Positions 25,207-38,394 are shown, numbered from the stretch's first letter. The stretch: DNA of 64,000 nt from Octopus sinensis (GCF_006345805.1 NC_042998.1:71858001-71922000); one strand, 5' to 3'. Numbers and translations are program-made. Notes: generated from the letters alone by a model not told the origin.

Positions 25207-28200
25207 TGTTCTTTGTTCTTTCAATTTGCTTCCATTTCTTGCCGAGTGTCTTCCCGACTCCTAGGGCAAAGAAACTCATAGTATACATTGGTAGCCATTA
25301 AACCAAACTCAGTAGTTCGTTCATTTTTTTTTTTTTTAAGTTGAATTAAAATACATGAGCAGCAACAGTTCTCACATCGACAATGCTCTTCTCAATACGT
25401 GTGATGTACCAGTTAAGACAATCTTTTGCACTTCTTGCAGGGATGGTAAGCCAGGGATCATTCTCATAAATTTTCGGTTCCCTTCTTGATCATTCCTAGT
25501 GCTCCTACGATCACTGGTATTGTAACCGCCTTGAGATGCCACATTTTCTCAATTTCAATGAGTAGGTCTTTATATTTTCTGAGCTTGTCAAACTCTTTCG
25601 CTGAGATATTATGATCACAGGGATGCTCATGTCGATCAATAAGCAAACTTTATTGTTTTGGTCTTTCACAACAATATCTGGTTTATTGGCCTTGATGGTT
25701 CGGTCTGTATGTACTGGAAAGTCCCACAGAATGGTTACATTTTCTCCTTCAGTTACAGCTCAGAGTGGTGATTATACCACTTGTCGGCAGTTTTGATATT
25801 GTAATGCCGACTTATTAGCCAGTGGAGATATTGGCCAACTCTGTCATGTCTTAATTTATACTCCACTGGTGCTAAGACTTTACATCCAGAGATTAGGTGG
25901 TCCACTGTTTCAATCATGTCGTTGCAGAATCGGCATTTTGGGTCTGCTCCATTTTTCATCACATTGGCCTGGTAGTTCCGGGTTAATAGGCTTTGATCTT
26001 GAGCAGCCAGGATGAAACCTTCGCTCTCTGCTTTTAGCCCTGAGCTCCGTAGCCACTGATGGGTTTGCTTCTGGTCAACATCACCTTGTTTGCTGCGGGT
26101 CACATATTTGCCGTGCAGAGGTTTCTCCTCCCACCTATCAGCCAATTGCTCGTGCGCTTTCTTCATTGCCATCATTTTCACCCTCTTTGCAAGAATAGTT
26201 GCCGTACTTCCCTCGGGTTGTTCAGTTTGGGTATCCTGCACGAGATCAATAGCAAATTTTTTGCTTTCCATTATGATAGAATGAAGCTTCTTTCGTCTCT
26301 CGTGATTTTCCACGAGCTTTAGCATCCAGTCATTCGATATTTCGAGATATTTGGCCAGTCCAATTCTGGTTGTTTTGTAAGCTAGTTCAATTTGGATCAG
26401 GCCTCGACCTCCTTGGGCTCTGGGAAGGTAAAGGCGATCTACGTCTGCCTTTGGGTGGTGCATCCTATTACAACTCAGCAGCTTGCGTATTTTTCTATCT
26501 ATATTCTTTACTTCACTCATATTCCAGTTCAACACATTGTAGCTATAAATAACAACTGGAACTGCTAAGGAATTTATAGCTAACACCTTGTTACGTGCAT
26601 TTAGTTCAGATTTCAGGACTGCACGAACTCTCCTATAACATTCCTTCCTGATTTTCTCTTTCATGCTTGCATGCTGAACAGCAGAGCCTTCATTTATCCC
26701 TAAATATTTGTATGTTTGTTCTTGCTCAAGCTCTCTTATGACTGTGTCAACATCTAACACGACTGAATTTGTGGTCTTCACTTTCCCTTTCTGGAAAGTG
26801 GCCTTGGCACACTTCTCAAGTCCAAACTCCATCCCAATGTCATCGCTGAATGCTTTCACGGTGCGCAATAGGCCTTCAAGTTCATTATTGTCTTTACCAT
26901 AAAGTTTTAAGTCATCCATATAAAATAGATGGCTTATTTTTTTATTGGCAATTTTATACCCATACGCTGTTCTGTTTAATTCACTTGTAAGGGGTATTAG
27001 GGCTATGCAGAATATTAAAGGTGAAAGTGAGTCACCTTGAAAAATTCCACAGTTGATGTTTATATTTTCTGAGGCAAGTACTCCATTAGAGTGGTATAAT
27101 TGGAGATTCGTATTCCACAACGACATATTGTGCTTCAGGAAGTTTGAAATCACAGGGGAAATTTTGAAGATGTCCAGCGATCTCAAGATCCATGGATGCG
27201 GTATACTGTCGAAGGCCTTTTTGTAGTCAATCCATGCGGTGCTGAGATTTCTGCGCTTGTTGTGACAGTTCTCAAGGATCATACGATTGATTAGTAGTTG
27301 ATCTTTGCATCCGTAAGAGCCTCGGCGGCACCCTTTTTGTTCAATGGGGAAAATATCGTTCTTCTCCATGAATGCATATGTTTTCTCCGCCAGGATAGAT
27401 GTTAGGGTTTTATGGTGGATAGACAGGTTATAGGTCGATAGTTTTTTGGAAGGTCGGTTTCGTTATTCTTTGGGATTAGGTAAGTAATGCCACTTGCTAA
27501 CCATTCAGGTGTTTTCTTTGGGTCTCTCATAATTCCAATGAGCAGCTGAACTAGCTTACCGTGTGCGCATGGGAGCGATGCGAGCCAGAAATTCGGCACC
27601 CTATCTTTACCGGGGGGATTTCCAATTATGGGCCTTCGTGAGTGCCTTTCTTAGGTCTGCTATTGTGATGTCTTCCATGCTTGTTGTAAATTTTGGTAGG
27701 ATCCTTCAGTTTGTATAATCCAGTCTGCATTTATGTTGTACGTCTTCTTGTCACTCCAAATCCTTTTCCAAAAGTTTTGAACTTCTTCCATGGGAGGGGG
27801 GTCTTTAACGGTTACTTTCTCCTTCCCTATTTCTCTGTAGAATTTTTTGGCATTGGATGTGAACAGCTTATTTTGCTTGTAACACTTGTTTTTCTTCTCA
27901 AATCTTCGTATTCTTTGGGCTTTGCTTGGACTTTTTGTTTCAGCGTTTCTTTTATTGATATCAGTTCTTCTCTTGGTGAGGATCCAAATTTTCTCTTCAT
28001 CTTTCTTCCTGTTCTGGATCTTACATCATTTCCACATATTAGTTAATTTAATATTGATATTTCCCCTCTCATAAATTCAATCTCTTTTTCAATTTTACTT
28101 CTCCAGGTTTGATTTCTTCCCAGGTTTTGTTTTCTTTGTTTTTTCGAGGGCATACAGCTGGTTTCAATTGCCCTAGCAGAAGCATAAATAATTTCATTTA

Positions 28201-29281
28201 ACTCAGTAAAATCAGGTTTTAATTCTCGTATTATTTCATTTGTTACATAGTTGCCAATTTGGATTTGTTTTTTATTTTGGTTTGTATTTGAGAGTTTATA
28301 AAGTGGTTCTCTATCATTCATACTTGTATGTCTTACAACTTCAAGCGTATTCAGGATTTTCTGCCTCATTTCTGCCATAGACTCTCTGTGTTCTTCAGCA
28401 AATGCGAGATCTTCAGTTACTGTTGTTTTTTCGTTTTCCTGGCTATGTTTAAGAGGTACAACTTCAAGCGTATTCAGGATTGTCTGTCTCATTTCTGCCA
28501 TAGACTCTCTGTGTTCTTCAGCAAATGCGAGATCTTCAGTTACTGTTGTTTTTTCGTTTTCCTGGCTATCTTTAACAGGTACAATAGAATTTCTTGTATC
28601 TTCAGGCCTCTGCGTATTTTGGTCAGATGGCAGTCTTTCAATTAAGCCTCGTGGCGGGCTATACAGTTCATCTGATTCTTCATTTCCTTTGTGTCTTATA
28701 TTTATGTCATTTTCCGTTGCGTGCTTGATCGCGCTTATTTCACTGTCTGTGAGTCTGTTATTTCTAAGGATATCCTTCCTCACATTTGCTAATTTGTTCT
28801 CGCTCAAATAGGGCCTACTGTCTTGATTCCGTGTTCTCCATATACTGTAAGAGTTTGCGGTGTGTCTCTCTTGAGATGGCCTACCTAATGCATAGTAATA
28901 AGCGTATATTACTTCTTTATACTCTTCTCGGGTCCATTTGTTCCGCTTACATTTTTCTTTCTGTGGTGGTTGTGGTGGTGAACTTGGAGGGCTCGAGTTG
29001 GGGGATTTCCCGTTCAAGTGACCATCCATGTCCGTATTCGGAGAAGAGTTTGTGCCAGTTGATGACTTTTCGATCCCAGGCTGGCTCCTCCCTGGGGGAC
29101 GCGCTTCCAGATTAACCATAGGACAAGCGATTTGGTATACTGATTTAGTTTTCCTTTTAGTTTCCAAAACATTTTGGTGCTACGATAATGTTATCATTTT
29201 TTAGCTTTGATTGGCTCGTGGGGAGACGGCCATCATTGCCGTTACAATTATAATCGTACCATTATAGCAGCCGTAGTCGGC
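25207..29281 (-). mobile_element. Near-full-length R4/Dong-like non-LTR retrotransposon (RLE type) inserted in (TAA)n
   Basis: Single pseudo-ORF from ATG 29119 to TGA 25372. N-terminal KWTREEYKEVIYAYY (R4/Dong-type motif), RT motifs (NYRPITCL, EQKGCRRG, GIFQGDSLSPLIF, YMDD, YKYLG), CCHC knuckle CRFC..ETVDHLISGC, and RLE NKPDIVVKD..CLLIDMSIP..K..KYKDL. Has 5' and 3' UTRs and is flanked on both sides by (TAA)n. One premature stop (28043) and several small frameshifts. Confidence 0.95.
28334..28579 (-). repeat. 123-bp in-frame tandem duplication inside the LINE ORF
   Basis: 28334-28456 and 28457-28579 differ at 4 positions by my count and encode the repeated SQENEKTTVTEDLAFAEEHRESMAEMRQ.ILNTLEVV. 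Confidence 0.97.
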
Positions 29282-29329
29282 TTATTATTGTTATTATCAT
29301 CACCATTACCATCACCACCATCACCATCA

Positions 29330-29364
29330 CCACCATTATTATTATTATTGTTATTATTATTATA

Positions 29365-29445
<81 letters not shown>
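29330..29445. repeat. (TTA)n tract between LINE copies
   Basis: Directly visible. Confidence 0.97.
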
Positions 29446-29448
<3 letters not shown>

Positions 29449-29970
29449 TAGTTTTCACTTCACTACCGAGCGCAGCTCTGTGTGCCTTGGGTATGTGCTG
29501 TGATTTGTTGTGATGCTCTGATGGTTATTGTATGGAAAGTTTTCGGCGTAGGATGTGTGCAGTGCCTAGTAGTGCAATTTTCTGTATGTTATATGTGATT
29601 GTAAGTCCTGGTGTTTTTGTTATGTATTTGTCTGAATATTTTTTTATCATGCCTAATGCACCTATTATGATAGGAATTGTTTCTGATTTTAGATTCCACA
29701 TTCTGGTTACCTCTATTTCCAGGTCTTTGTATTTTGAGAGTTTCTCCATTTCTTTTAGAGACACGTTGTTATCTGCCGGTATTGATACATCAACTAGAAA
29801 GCATTTTTTTTCTTCATGATCTCTGACAACTATATCTGGTCTGTTGGCCTTAATTTCTCTATCTGTGTGTATCGGCATATCCCAGAGTATGGTTGCTTTC
29901 TCGTTTTCTGTGACCTTTTCTGGTGTGTGCCTATACCATCTTTTTTCTGTTGTTATTCCATAATGTTGGC
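29446..29970 (-). mobile_element. 5'-truncated R4/Dong-like LINE, second family (RLE domain plus 3' UTR)
   Basis: Uninterrupted WYRHTPEKVTENEKATILWDMPIHTDREIKANRPDIVVRD..CFLVDVSIP..EKLSKYKDL..IIIGALG..GTAHILRR*. Its 3' UTR differs from that of the neighbour and ends in (TAA)n. Confidence 0.93.
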
Positions 29971-29974
29971 ATTA

Positions 29975-30004
29975 TTTTTATTATCATTATTATTATCATT
30001 ATTA

Positions 30005-30062
<58 letters not shown>

Positions 30063-30074
30063 AATATTATTATT
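29975..30074. repeat. (TTA)n tract between LINE copies
   Basis: Directly visible. Confidence 0.95.
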
Positions 30075-30935
30075 TTATGAAAACTAAGAGCTTATTTTGC
30101 TGGGTATGTTAGAAAGTGTCAGTTGTCCACAACCACCAGACTAAGATGGCGCTTCTTTACCGGTCATGCTTCAAAAATCCAGTTCCAAGCAATGCTGATG
30201 TTTGTAAGTGTTCTACCGTCACACTTGTACCGATATTTTTCAGTCATGTTGGTAGTTGAGTACTGATACTTCCAAGAGCACCTATTACTATTGGTATTAC
30301 GTCTACTCTCTTCATTGACCACTGCATTCTTATTTTCCACTTCAAAGCGTCATAATTATTAATTTTTTTAAAAGCATTCACACTCATCTTGTTGTCACCG
30401 GGGCATACTGTCTCGAATATCGTACATGTTCTTTCTGTTTTTATTCAACACAACCTCGTCCAGTTTCCGATGTCTGGTCGGGTTATCGCACTGGGTAATT
30501 GTATCCTAAAGTATTTTGCAATTCTCATGATCGGTAACTCCTACTGGAGTTTTTTCTCATACCACATCTTTGCTCATTGTAGGTGGTGATTTACACGGAT
30601 CTCCCAATGGATCATTCTTGCCACTTTGTCCTGTCGTCTTTTGTATTCACGATGTGCCAATTTCGGGCATTCGTTAATGATGTGCCATACCGGTTCGCTC
30701 CTTTCACCACACATTTTGCACTTCATATAGTTTTTCCTTAACGCTTGTTCCTGAGCTCCGCATATGAGCGATTCTGTCTCTATTTTCAGATCACTCCTCC
30801 TCATCCATAGCCATCGGTCCTCAGTATTTGTTTTGGCGCTCACACTTCTTTCAAACTAAACATGCATCTTTTTTTCCTTCCATGACTTCTTTTTATTGCT
30901 CATTTCGTGTTTAAATGTTTCTTTCGTTACACAAA
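30075..30935 (-). mobile_element. 5'-truncated, decayed R4/Dong-like LINE, third family
   Basis: WLWMRRSDLKIETESLICGAQEQALRKNY..CKMCGERSEPVWHIINECPKLAHREYKRRQDKVARMIHW, then a decayed RLE region and a distinct 3' UTR ending in TAA repeats. Confidence 0.88.
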
Positions 30936-30954
30936 ATTTCGTTGTGATGACGCC

Positions 30955-31055
30955 GGAGTCGATAAATTAAGTAGCAGTCGGGTACTCGGGTTAATGCAAT
31001 CGACTTACCTCATCCCCAAAATTGCTGGCCTTTTGCTAAAATTTGAAATCATTAT
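30955..31055 (+). mobile_element. 3' half of octopus SINE (family here called SINE-B)
   Basis: GTCGATAAATTAAGTA...AATCGACT..CCCCAAAATTGCTGGCCTT, homologous to the copies at 38.4, 39.0, 42.5 and 52.1 kb. Confidence 0.75.
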
Positions 31056-34000
31056 ACTTATTAATAGTTAAACATTAAGATACATTGGAATTCTGTTTTA
31101 ATTTAGCATATCCATCTAGAAAATGCGCTAACCAATTAAAATTATTCTCGGTCAAAATTTCATGCTTTATTAACGAGTGGATGTATTAGACAGATGTTGA
31201 TAATATGGTAGATACATTCTATGTTTCCGTGACAACAGTGATACATTCACTCAAATTCGGATGTTTAGATGCGTTCCAATTTCTCTCAGTGATTAAGTTT
31301 ATGTGTGATTTCTAAGTGTCCTTCTGTTGCCTGTATGAATAAAACGTGTGTGATTTTCTGTGTGCGTGTCTGTGTGTGTGTCAGTGTGTGCGCGCGCGCG
31401 TGTGTATGCACGTGTATACGCACGTGCATGTGTGTGAGTGCAATGGGTGTGGCGTGTAAATATGTGTAAATATAAATATTTAGCTATGCATATATAATGT
31501 GTGATAGTTTAATACTGAAGGGAGTTAAAGTAATAAAACTATCATATCAATATACAATATCTCTCATCAGTTTAATCATCTGTTTTGCAATGATTTCTTT
31601 TTCTGGTTGTGTTAACCTGCATTGACTAAAGCTTAATAATAAAACGAAAAGATCGATATATCTTTCACTCAATCATACATTCAAATAGACATAGTTGTAT
31701 AGATACAGTCTAGTTTAACGTGATATTCGGCAAGAATATAGGATCCCAACTGAAAATTTCTGCATACATATATTTACATCTCGCTTATGATGTTTTTGTT
31801 TCCTTTTTACCTCCAAATAGAGAAAAAAATAATCACTAAAAATATTTGATAGTAGAGAATATATTCATGCAAAAGTGTAAAATGACATGTAAATGAATAT
31901 CGAAAATGTGGAATACATCGAAAATAGTAAAACCAATATGTAAATAATGCATCATGTGATTCTCTTTTTTTATTTCATAGAGCTTCCGCTGCTTTCTCTA
32001 TAGTTTATTCTTTACAATGTGGTTGTATTCCTTCTCTCTAATCCCTTGATGCTGATCAAATACATTACAACTGCCTAGTATATCTGTTTACGTGACGGGT
32101 GAATGGCAGTTGCGATCGCACGTGATCAGACCTGGTTTTACAGATAACGGAAAAACAAATAGAAAATGAAAACTTACTGTTATAGGGAAAGAAGCTTTGG
32201 AAATGTATTTAGACAGAATCATTAAGTTACAAAGAATACAATATTATATAGCTCTATTGAAACGAAACACACATGCCCAAAAGAACTATCTCTCTGATCA
32301 AGTCGTATACTTGGAATAAAACATAAATAAATCTATTCCAAGAATTAATGTTCTGATTTTCTTTACAGTATAGTTTATGTTGCTGTTGGTAAGTATTTGA
32401 ATTATTTAATGTCGAATAAAATTCACCTCAGATGTGATTCTTAGATTATTTTTGTACCTTCTCTTAGAGAGATTATCTTTAATAATCACTCTAAGTGAAT
32501 TTACTTTTTAAAATGTGCATGGAAATTAATGGAATTGCTCTCAATCATAAGTTAATGTGATACGTATAAAATGTTTCTGGTGAAATTGCTAGCAAGTGAG
32601 AAACAAACGGTTAAGAAATATAGTATTATAGTATTTCTGATTTTAATATAAATGTCAAGCTGTGATACATATCCGTAAATACCAAATGCACTTCAACATA
32701 TAATAAAATTAACATTATACAATTATTAGTTCCCAAATTATATATATATATATATATGACCGAAAATGTTGCCTAATATTTGCATTTAAAATAATATTGC
32801 TTAGAGTATTCATTATATGAAAGTGCGGACTAGGGATTTATCGAGTCTATGGACGCAATAATCACTGGGAACAGGAATGTTTCGAAACAAATTCAGTTTC
32901 AAATTGTTTATGATTGTTAGTATAAATCATCCAAGCATGTTTTATTAGAATAAATGAAGATTACTCGATTTGTACCCATTTAGAAGAAATAAAAATGTTG
33001 AAATATTGAAATTTTAAGTTTGCGCACACAGAAATATGCAGTTACATAACATGTATAAATAAATCAAATAACGAGATATACTTGCATAGCAAGTGTTTTG
33101 ACATGAGGTGGCGTGCTGAAACTAAATCGATTGCTGCGTGGAAGACATGCACTAGCTATTGGAAAACACAGAATGACCTTTAACTTCACTTAAACATGTA
33201 TTTTTAATATGCTGTCGAAACTTCGTCATGCGAAGCTTTAACCTCGCAACAATCAGGAAATCAAATAAATAAATTATAAATAATGAACACCGTTTATATG
33301 AAAACATTTATTAAAGGCACATCCATTTGTAATGCCACTACTTCTATAATAATCTTGGGTTTAATTTAAATTCAACGAACACGCGCATAAACAAACATAT
33401 GTTCACGGCACTTTTAAATATACATAGAATTTGTATTTTTAAAGTGTTATCTTTTTACGTATTTCTTGTTTATTTATAAGGATGCTATAATTTGGAAGAC
33501 GTCGATTTAAATCGTCGAATCAGTTACAATTTCTGGTAAGGTCATGAGATTTGAAATTCTTCGTGTGACTAACTAATAACTAAGTAGAATTGTCTATAGA
33601 AAATAGTATCCTGATATTCCAATCAGTTCTTTCGAAAAACCATTACAAAGATTAAATATTTCCTCCTCTGTTACTTCATCAAAATGCTAACAGCAAATTT
33701 ATCCGAATATATCAAAATTTCCTGCAAGAAGAATTAGTTCTCCATAATTTATGTAATATAATACGTTATGAAAAAAGAAAAGTAAAAGAAAAATCCTCAC
33801 ATTGCATTAACAGGATTTGAGCAAATCACTATTTCGGAGTAGTATGTAATATGTTTCAGTTCCAATTGTAACGTATTTGTAATGGTGAGTCATGCATGTA
33901 ATCCGGAACTGAACACACTGAAGGCAAGCATGATGAAATTTTCTGATGTCCTCTAGTTCCATCTACATTCTATTAAAATATAGTACCAGTTATTTATTTC

Positions 34001-34753
34001 CGTACAAAAATGCACTGTAGATTAAGAAAATGAGACGGATTGAGGAAGCTGCTCCGTTACAAAAAGAGTTATCTATACATTGATACCAGTAATGACAAGT
34101 GGTACGAATAGATGTCATCGAAGAAATTATTATAGTTGTCATAGAATTGTTAGTTGAGATACTCGTATTTGCGACACTGGTTTTGACACTTTAATGAAAC
34201 CGGTACTAGTAATGGTTTTTGTAGAAGTAACAAAAAATGTAATGGCAATAACGGGGCATGTAATAACAGTGTTAATAGTATGGGTAATAATAGCAAAAGT
34301 TGAAATAGTATTGGTAGTTGTTGCAGCAGCCGCAGCGGCAGTACTGACAATATCGCTATTAGTAGTCTTCATGTTTGAATACACATAGACCCCGCTGTTC
34401 AATACTTTACAATACGTACTGTTTACATCGGTTTTTGCCTTGTTTTAAAAATGAGATGTTCAATTTTGTATAATCACCATTGGCTGTTCTACAGCTAAAA
34501 TGGTGTTTATATTTTTTATTCGTATACCGGTATTTCATGTTTTCGAATTACGCTTATAAGTAAAGATTGAAATCTGCTGCATAGAGTATATTGTGACTGG
34601 TGATTTACTTATAGCATGATCGCTGAAATGCTTGTTAACAAAATATTCCCGACAGGAAGTTTAGGTACGGGTTAGCTGTATACAGAATCAGATGTGGATA
34701 GCTTTGCAGAAACATCAATTTATTGTTCATTGAAATGTAGTGATTAAAACACT

Positions 34754-34754
<1 letters not shown>

Positions 34755-34827
<73 letters not shown>

Positions 34828-34828
34828 T
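34755..34828. repeat. (CTA)n microsatellite
   Basis: Directly visible. Confidence 0.98.
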
Positions 34829-35404
34829 ACATACGCACAATTTACATCTTTGAAATTTCCACCACAAATATTTACCAAAGGAATGTGTATGAAGTAAAAC
34901 CGAAAGAACTACTATATATATGCATGCCACCATTCATACTTAGTTGAAAGGCAAAGACTGATACAGCAACGCATTCAATACCAAAAAGGTTATGTGAGAT
35001 TTGGCTGTTATTTCTAGCATGTGGGTGTCCGAATTGATGGACGCAGATTCGGGGAGGGAGTGGGGTTCGGGTAAATTTTTGAAATTTGCATTTTTTTGTC
35101 AGAATCATATTCTCCATATTTTACTACGTATTTCGCCCCAAAAATTTCTGAAAAAGAGAAAAATGGAGAAATAGGCGTGGAGTGGGTGGTGGGTCGAATT
35201 AGGATTTCGAATTTGCGATTTTTGCAAACTTATTTTCAGAATGGGAATCTCCATGGCGGAAAACGTGGGTTTCCGTAAAAAGAAGGATGTATGTATACAC
35301 TACTCCTACGTTGTTTATGCAGAACCACGCATTAAACAAGTAGGTGTATTTCACACTCCTGTGTAGCTTCGAATAACCTTCAAAATTTTAAGAATATTTA
35401 TTTT

Positions 35405-35590
35405 AAATTTTGGCTCAAAGCAAGCAAGGTCGGTGGAGGGGGTTAAGTTGATTAAATGCTGATAAGCATTTCATTAATGCTGAAAGGATGAAATACCAAA
35501 TTGATATCGGTAGAATTTGAGCTCGGAATGTGAATAGAGACGAAATGCCGCTAGACATTTTGCTTGGCGTACTAAAGATTCTACTAGCTG
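35405..35590 (-). mobile_element. SINE-B copy, decayed
   Basis: GAAAGGATGAAA..GAATTTGAGCTCGGAATGT..GACGAAATGCCGCTA..CATTTTGC..GGCGTACTAA.GATTCT aligns with the other SINE-B copies. Confidence 0.75.
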
Positions 35591-35639
35591 ATTTTAATAA
35601 TAATATTAACTACAATATGACGGTGATAATCATCGTAAT

Positions 35640-35745
35640 ACTGATTTTAAATTTTGGCACAACGCCAGCACTTTAGGGGCGGGGATAAATCGATTAAATC
35701 GCCCTCCCATGACACGCCGGTTTATTTTATCGATCTCGAAGAAAT
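35640..35745 (-). mobile_element. SINE-B 3' half, interrupted by a (TA)n region
   Basis: AAATTTTGGCACAACGCCAGCA...ATCGATTAAATCG...TTATTTTATCGA. Confidence 0.65.
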
Positions 35746-35834
35746 GTATGAATATATTGATACATATGTATGTATGCTTTTTGTATGTATATTTGAATTT
35801 GAACACACATACACAATTTGAACACACACACGCG

Positions 35835-35835
35835 C

Positions 35836-35874
<39 letters not shown>

Positions 35875-35975
35875 TGTATGTATGTATGTATGTATATATA
35901 TACATATATATATATTATATATATATGTATATATATGTATATGTATATGTATATATATATGTATATGTAAATATA

Positions 35976-36033
<58 letters not shown>

Positions 36034-36070
36034 ATATATTATATATATATATATAATATATATATATATG
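35835..36070. repeat. Long imperfect (TA)n/(TATG)n tract
   Basis: Directly visible. Similar (TA)n, (CA)n and (GA)n tracts occur at about 38815-38940, 43705-43815, 46130-46260, 47550-47630, 51380-51505, 57655-57702 and 58430-58650. Confidence 0.97.
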
Positions 36071-38394
36071 CTATTAAGTCAAATAAAAGCATTTCAAAGC
36101 AAAATTACTCTTCAAACAAAATAATGTATTTTATCGGGTCTTAATATCCACTGCAATTATTAACCACGAAGCACTTTGTTACAAACTTCAAAGAAAAAAG
36201 GGTGAATAAAATTTTAAAGGGTAATAAATGGAATATAACGTCACGGCAACATATCTACTTCATATTAAAATTCATAGGTGTCATTAGTTGTTTTTGCAGC
36301 AATGCAACTTTCTATCTGTAATATTCTTTGTCTGCATAACAATATGAAATCTCAGAGAAATACTCGTTACGAAAGCGTTGCTCTAAGCTGATTTAGAATT
36401 GAAATTTTGAAACACAATTGAAAAAATATCATTCATAGTGTTGATTCAACAATCTTCAAATTTTTAATTATTCAAACTCTTCAAATTTAAATCAATTAGT
36501 AAAATATTGAAAAATAAAACTCATGTTTTTCACTTCAACAGTTAGAATTAATGAACCTTAATACCACAAAGCTTCCTTTCAAGATGCTGAAACGAAACCA
36601 TTGCCTTCCTTTGCACATTGAATATGGAACATATATTTCGACACTTCTCTTCATGTTCTGCTTTAAATAAGAACTATTTCTGTTTTTTTTTTGTTTTGTA
36701 TCCACTTATAACGTTATTATTTCAAACATCAATAATTTATATTATCAAGTATTAGAATATATCATATGTATATCTTGTTAATGTTATTTCTCTCCAGTAA
36801 AGCATGCTCTTATAGAGAATTCTGACGTCTTTCTTTAGTAAGCCTATGTTTTAATCTGCATAATCCAGTAATTATCTTGTAGCAGGCTTAACTGTGAATA
36901 TGTATTTACCTCTCCAAAATAAGTTTTCTTTCAGGAAAACAGTAATTCCTGCGAAATTCATTGAATATTTCAAAAATATTCTCGAGAATCTCATTACTAA
37001 TAGTATTTTCTTTTCTTTTTGCATTCAGGATCCACTGAATTCATAATAGCAGAAATATCTTCAGATATCACAATACATATCTTCACTTGAAATGAAAACT
37101 TCTCATAAACTACAGGGGATTATGCTTAATTTACTCAATTCCACTTTTGATATATCAAAGTTATACCTGCGTCAAGCATACATATATACATTTTGCACTT
37201 GGTTTTTGTATCATTCAAAGAAAAATGTTGATCCTCTTTTTAACATAAAGATGAAATAAAGATTTTTGTATATTGTTTTTGTATTAACAATGAGATATTG
37301 TTATATTTCTAAATTTCTCCTTTATGTCAGATGTTATATTGCATATAGCTGGGTGTTCACAATGTTAGAGGATTTTAAAATGTTGCAATAATATATCACA
37401 ACATGAAAGTATTTTCTTTCGTCGTAATATATCTTTATGTTTCTATACAGGTAGACATCGTAATAGCCTTCGTGGCTTTGACGTCAGTCGGTGACCAGCA
37501 TCTTCACATAAAACAACTTTTCATATCGTTTTCTTCCTTACAGGGAAGGTAATAAATACAAAGAAAACTTGAGGACCTTATGTTAAGCAATATGTAACAT
37601 ACTATTTGCACCTGTATGAATATATGAATATTGAATTTTAAGTGGCCTTAAGGCTATAATGTTTAACAGACTTTCGTAAGTTTGATGGTTTCATTTCGGA
37701 ACCCGGTACCGTCTTGCATTCTTGAAAAGGAGGATATCATCTCACATTACTTCAGAGTGCTTAACTGCTCTTGCTCTCTCTCTCCATGTAGGTGTCACAT
37801 TCTTGATGCTACTCCTGGATATGATTAGGAGAGAAGAATTGTTGTCACTGCTCTTGAATACAAAAGTAGCTAAATTATTGAGGAAAATCATGTTATAAGC
37901 TACTATGTAAACCTTGTCTCTGAGTGACATCTATATTTTTTTCACTCTCTCTAAATATATCTACTTCATTCTGAAATTAGAAATACATGTACAAGTTTGA
38001 ATTACAAAACCAAAATTATAGTAATGCGTAAGAATACAGCTTTAATATCATCCCTGTAACATACGATGAATTTATATAACAAATGTTAAAAATAATTATG
38101 TTAGTGTATACGTATAGACAGGTTTTGCAATTACGTGTTGTACTTAATTGCTTTCAAGCGTTTTTGTATCTTACATATCGGGACCTTGAACTATTTTATG
38201 TTTGAGCATCATAATATTCTGTCCGCCAAACACTTTAAAAGAATGCAGCTTATATTTTTTTGAACGCTCATTATATACAAAAACATTAAAATTATAAAAA
38301 TTATTTTTGAAGCTAATACCTCAGTAATTCAATCTTCAAATAAAGTCTTATAAATCAGACAAACATTTCAACGTTAAGAATTTAGTAATATATA

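Noticed and set aside
29170-29281. Complete HDV-like ribozyme at the LINE 5' end
   Set aside because: P1 pairs only 4 bp, there is no G for P1.1, and no P2 partner follows GCTAA. Kept only as a structured UTR.
34139-34402. Thr-rich mucin-like ORF
   Set aside because: Looks like a decayed ACT/ATT trinucleotide repeat; no convincing splice signals.
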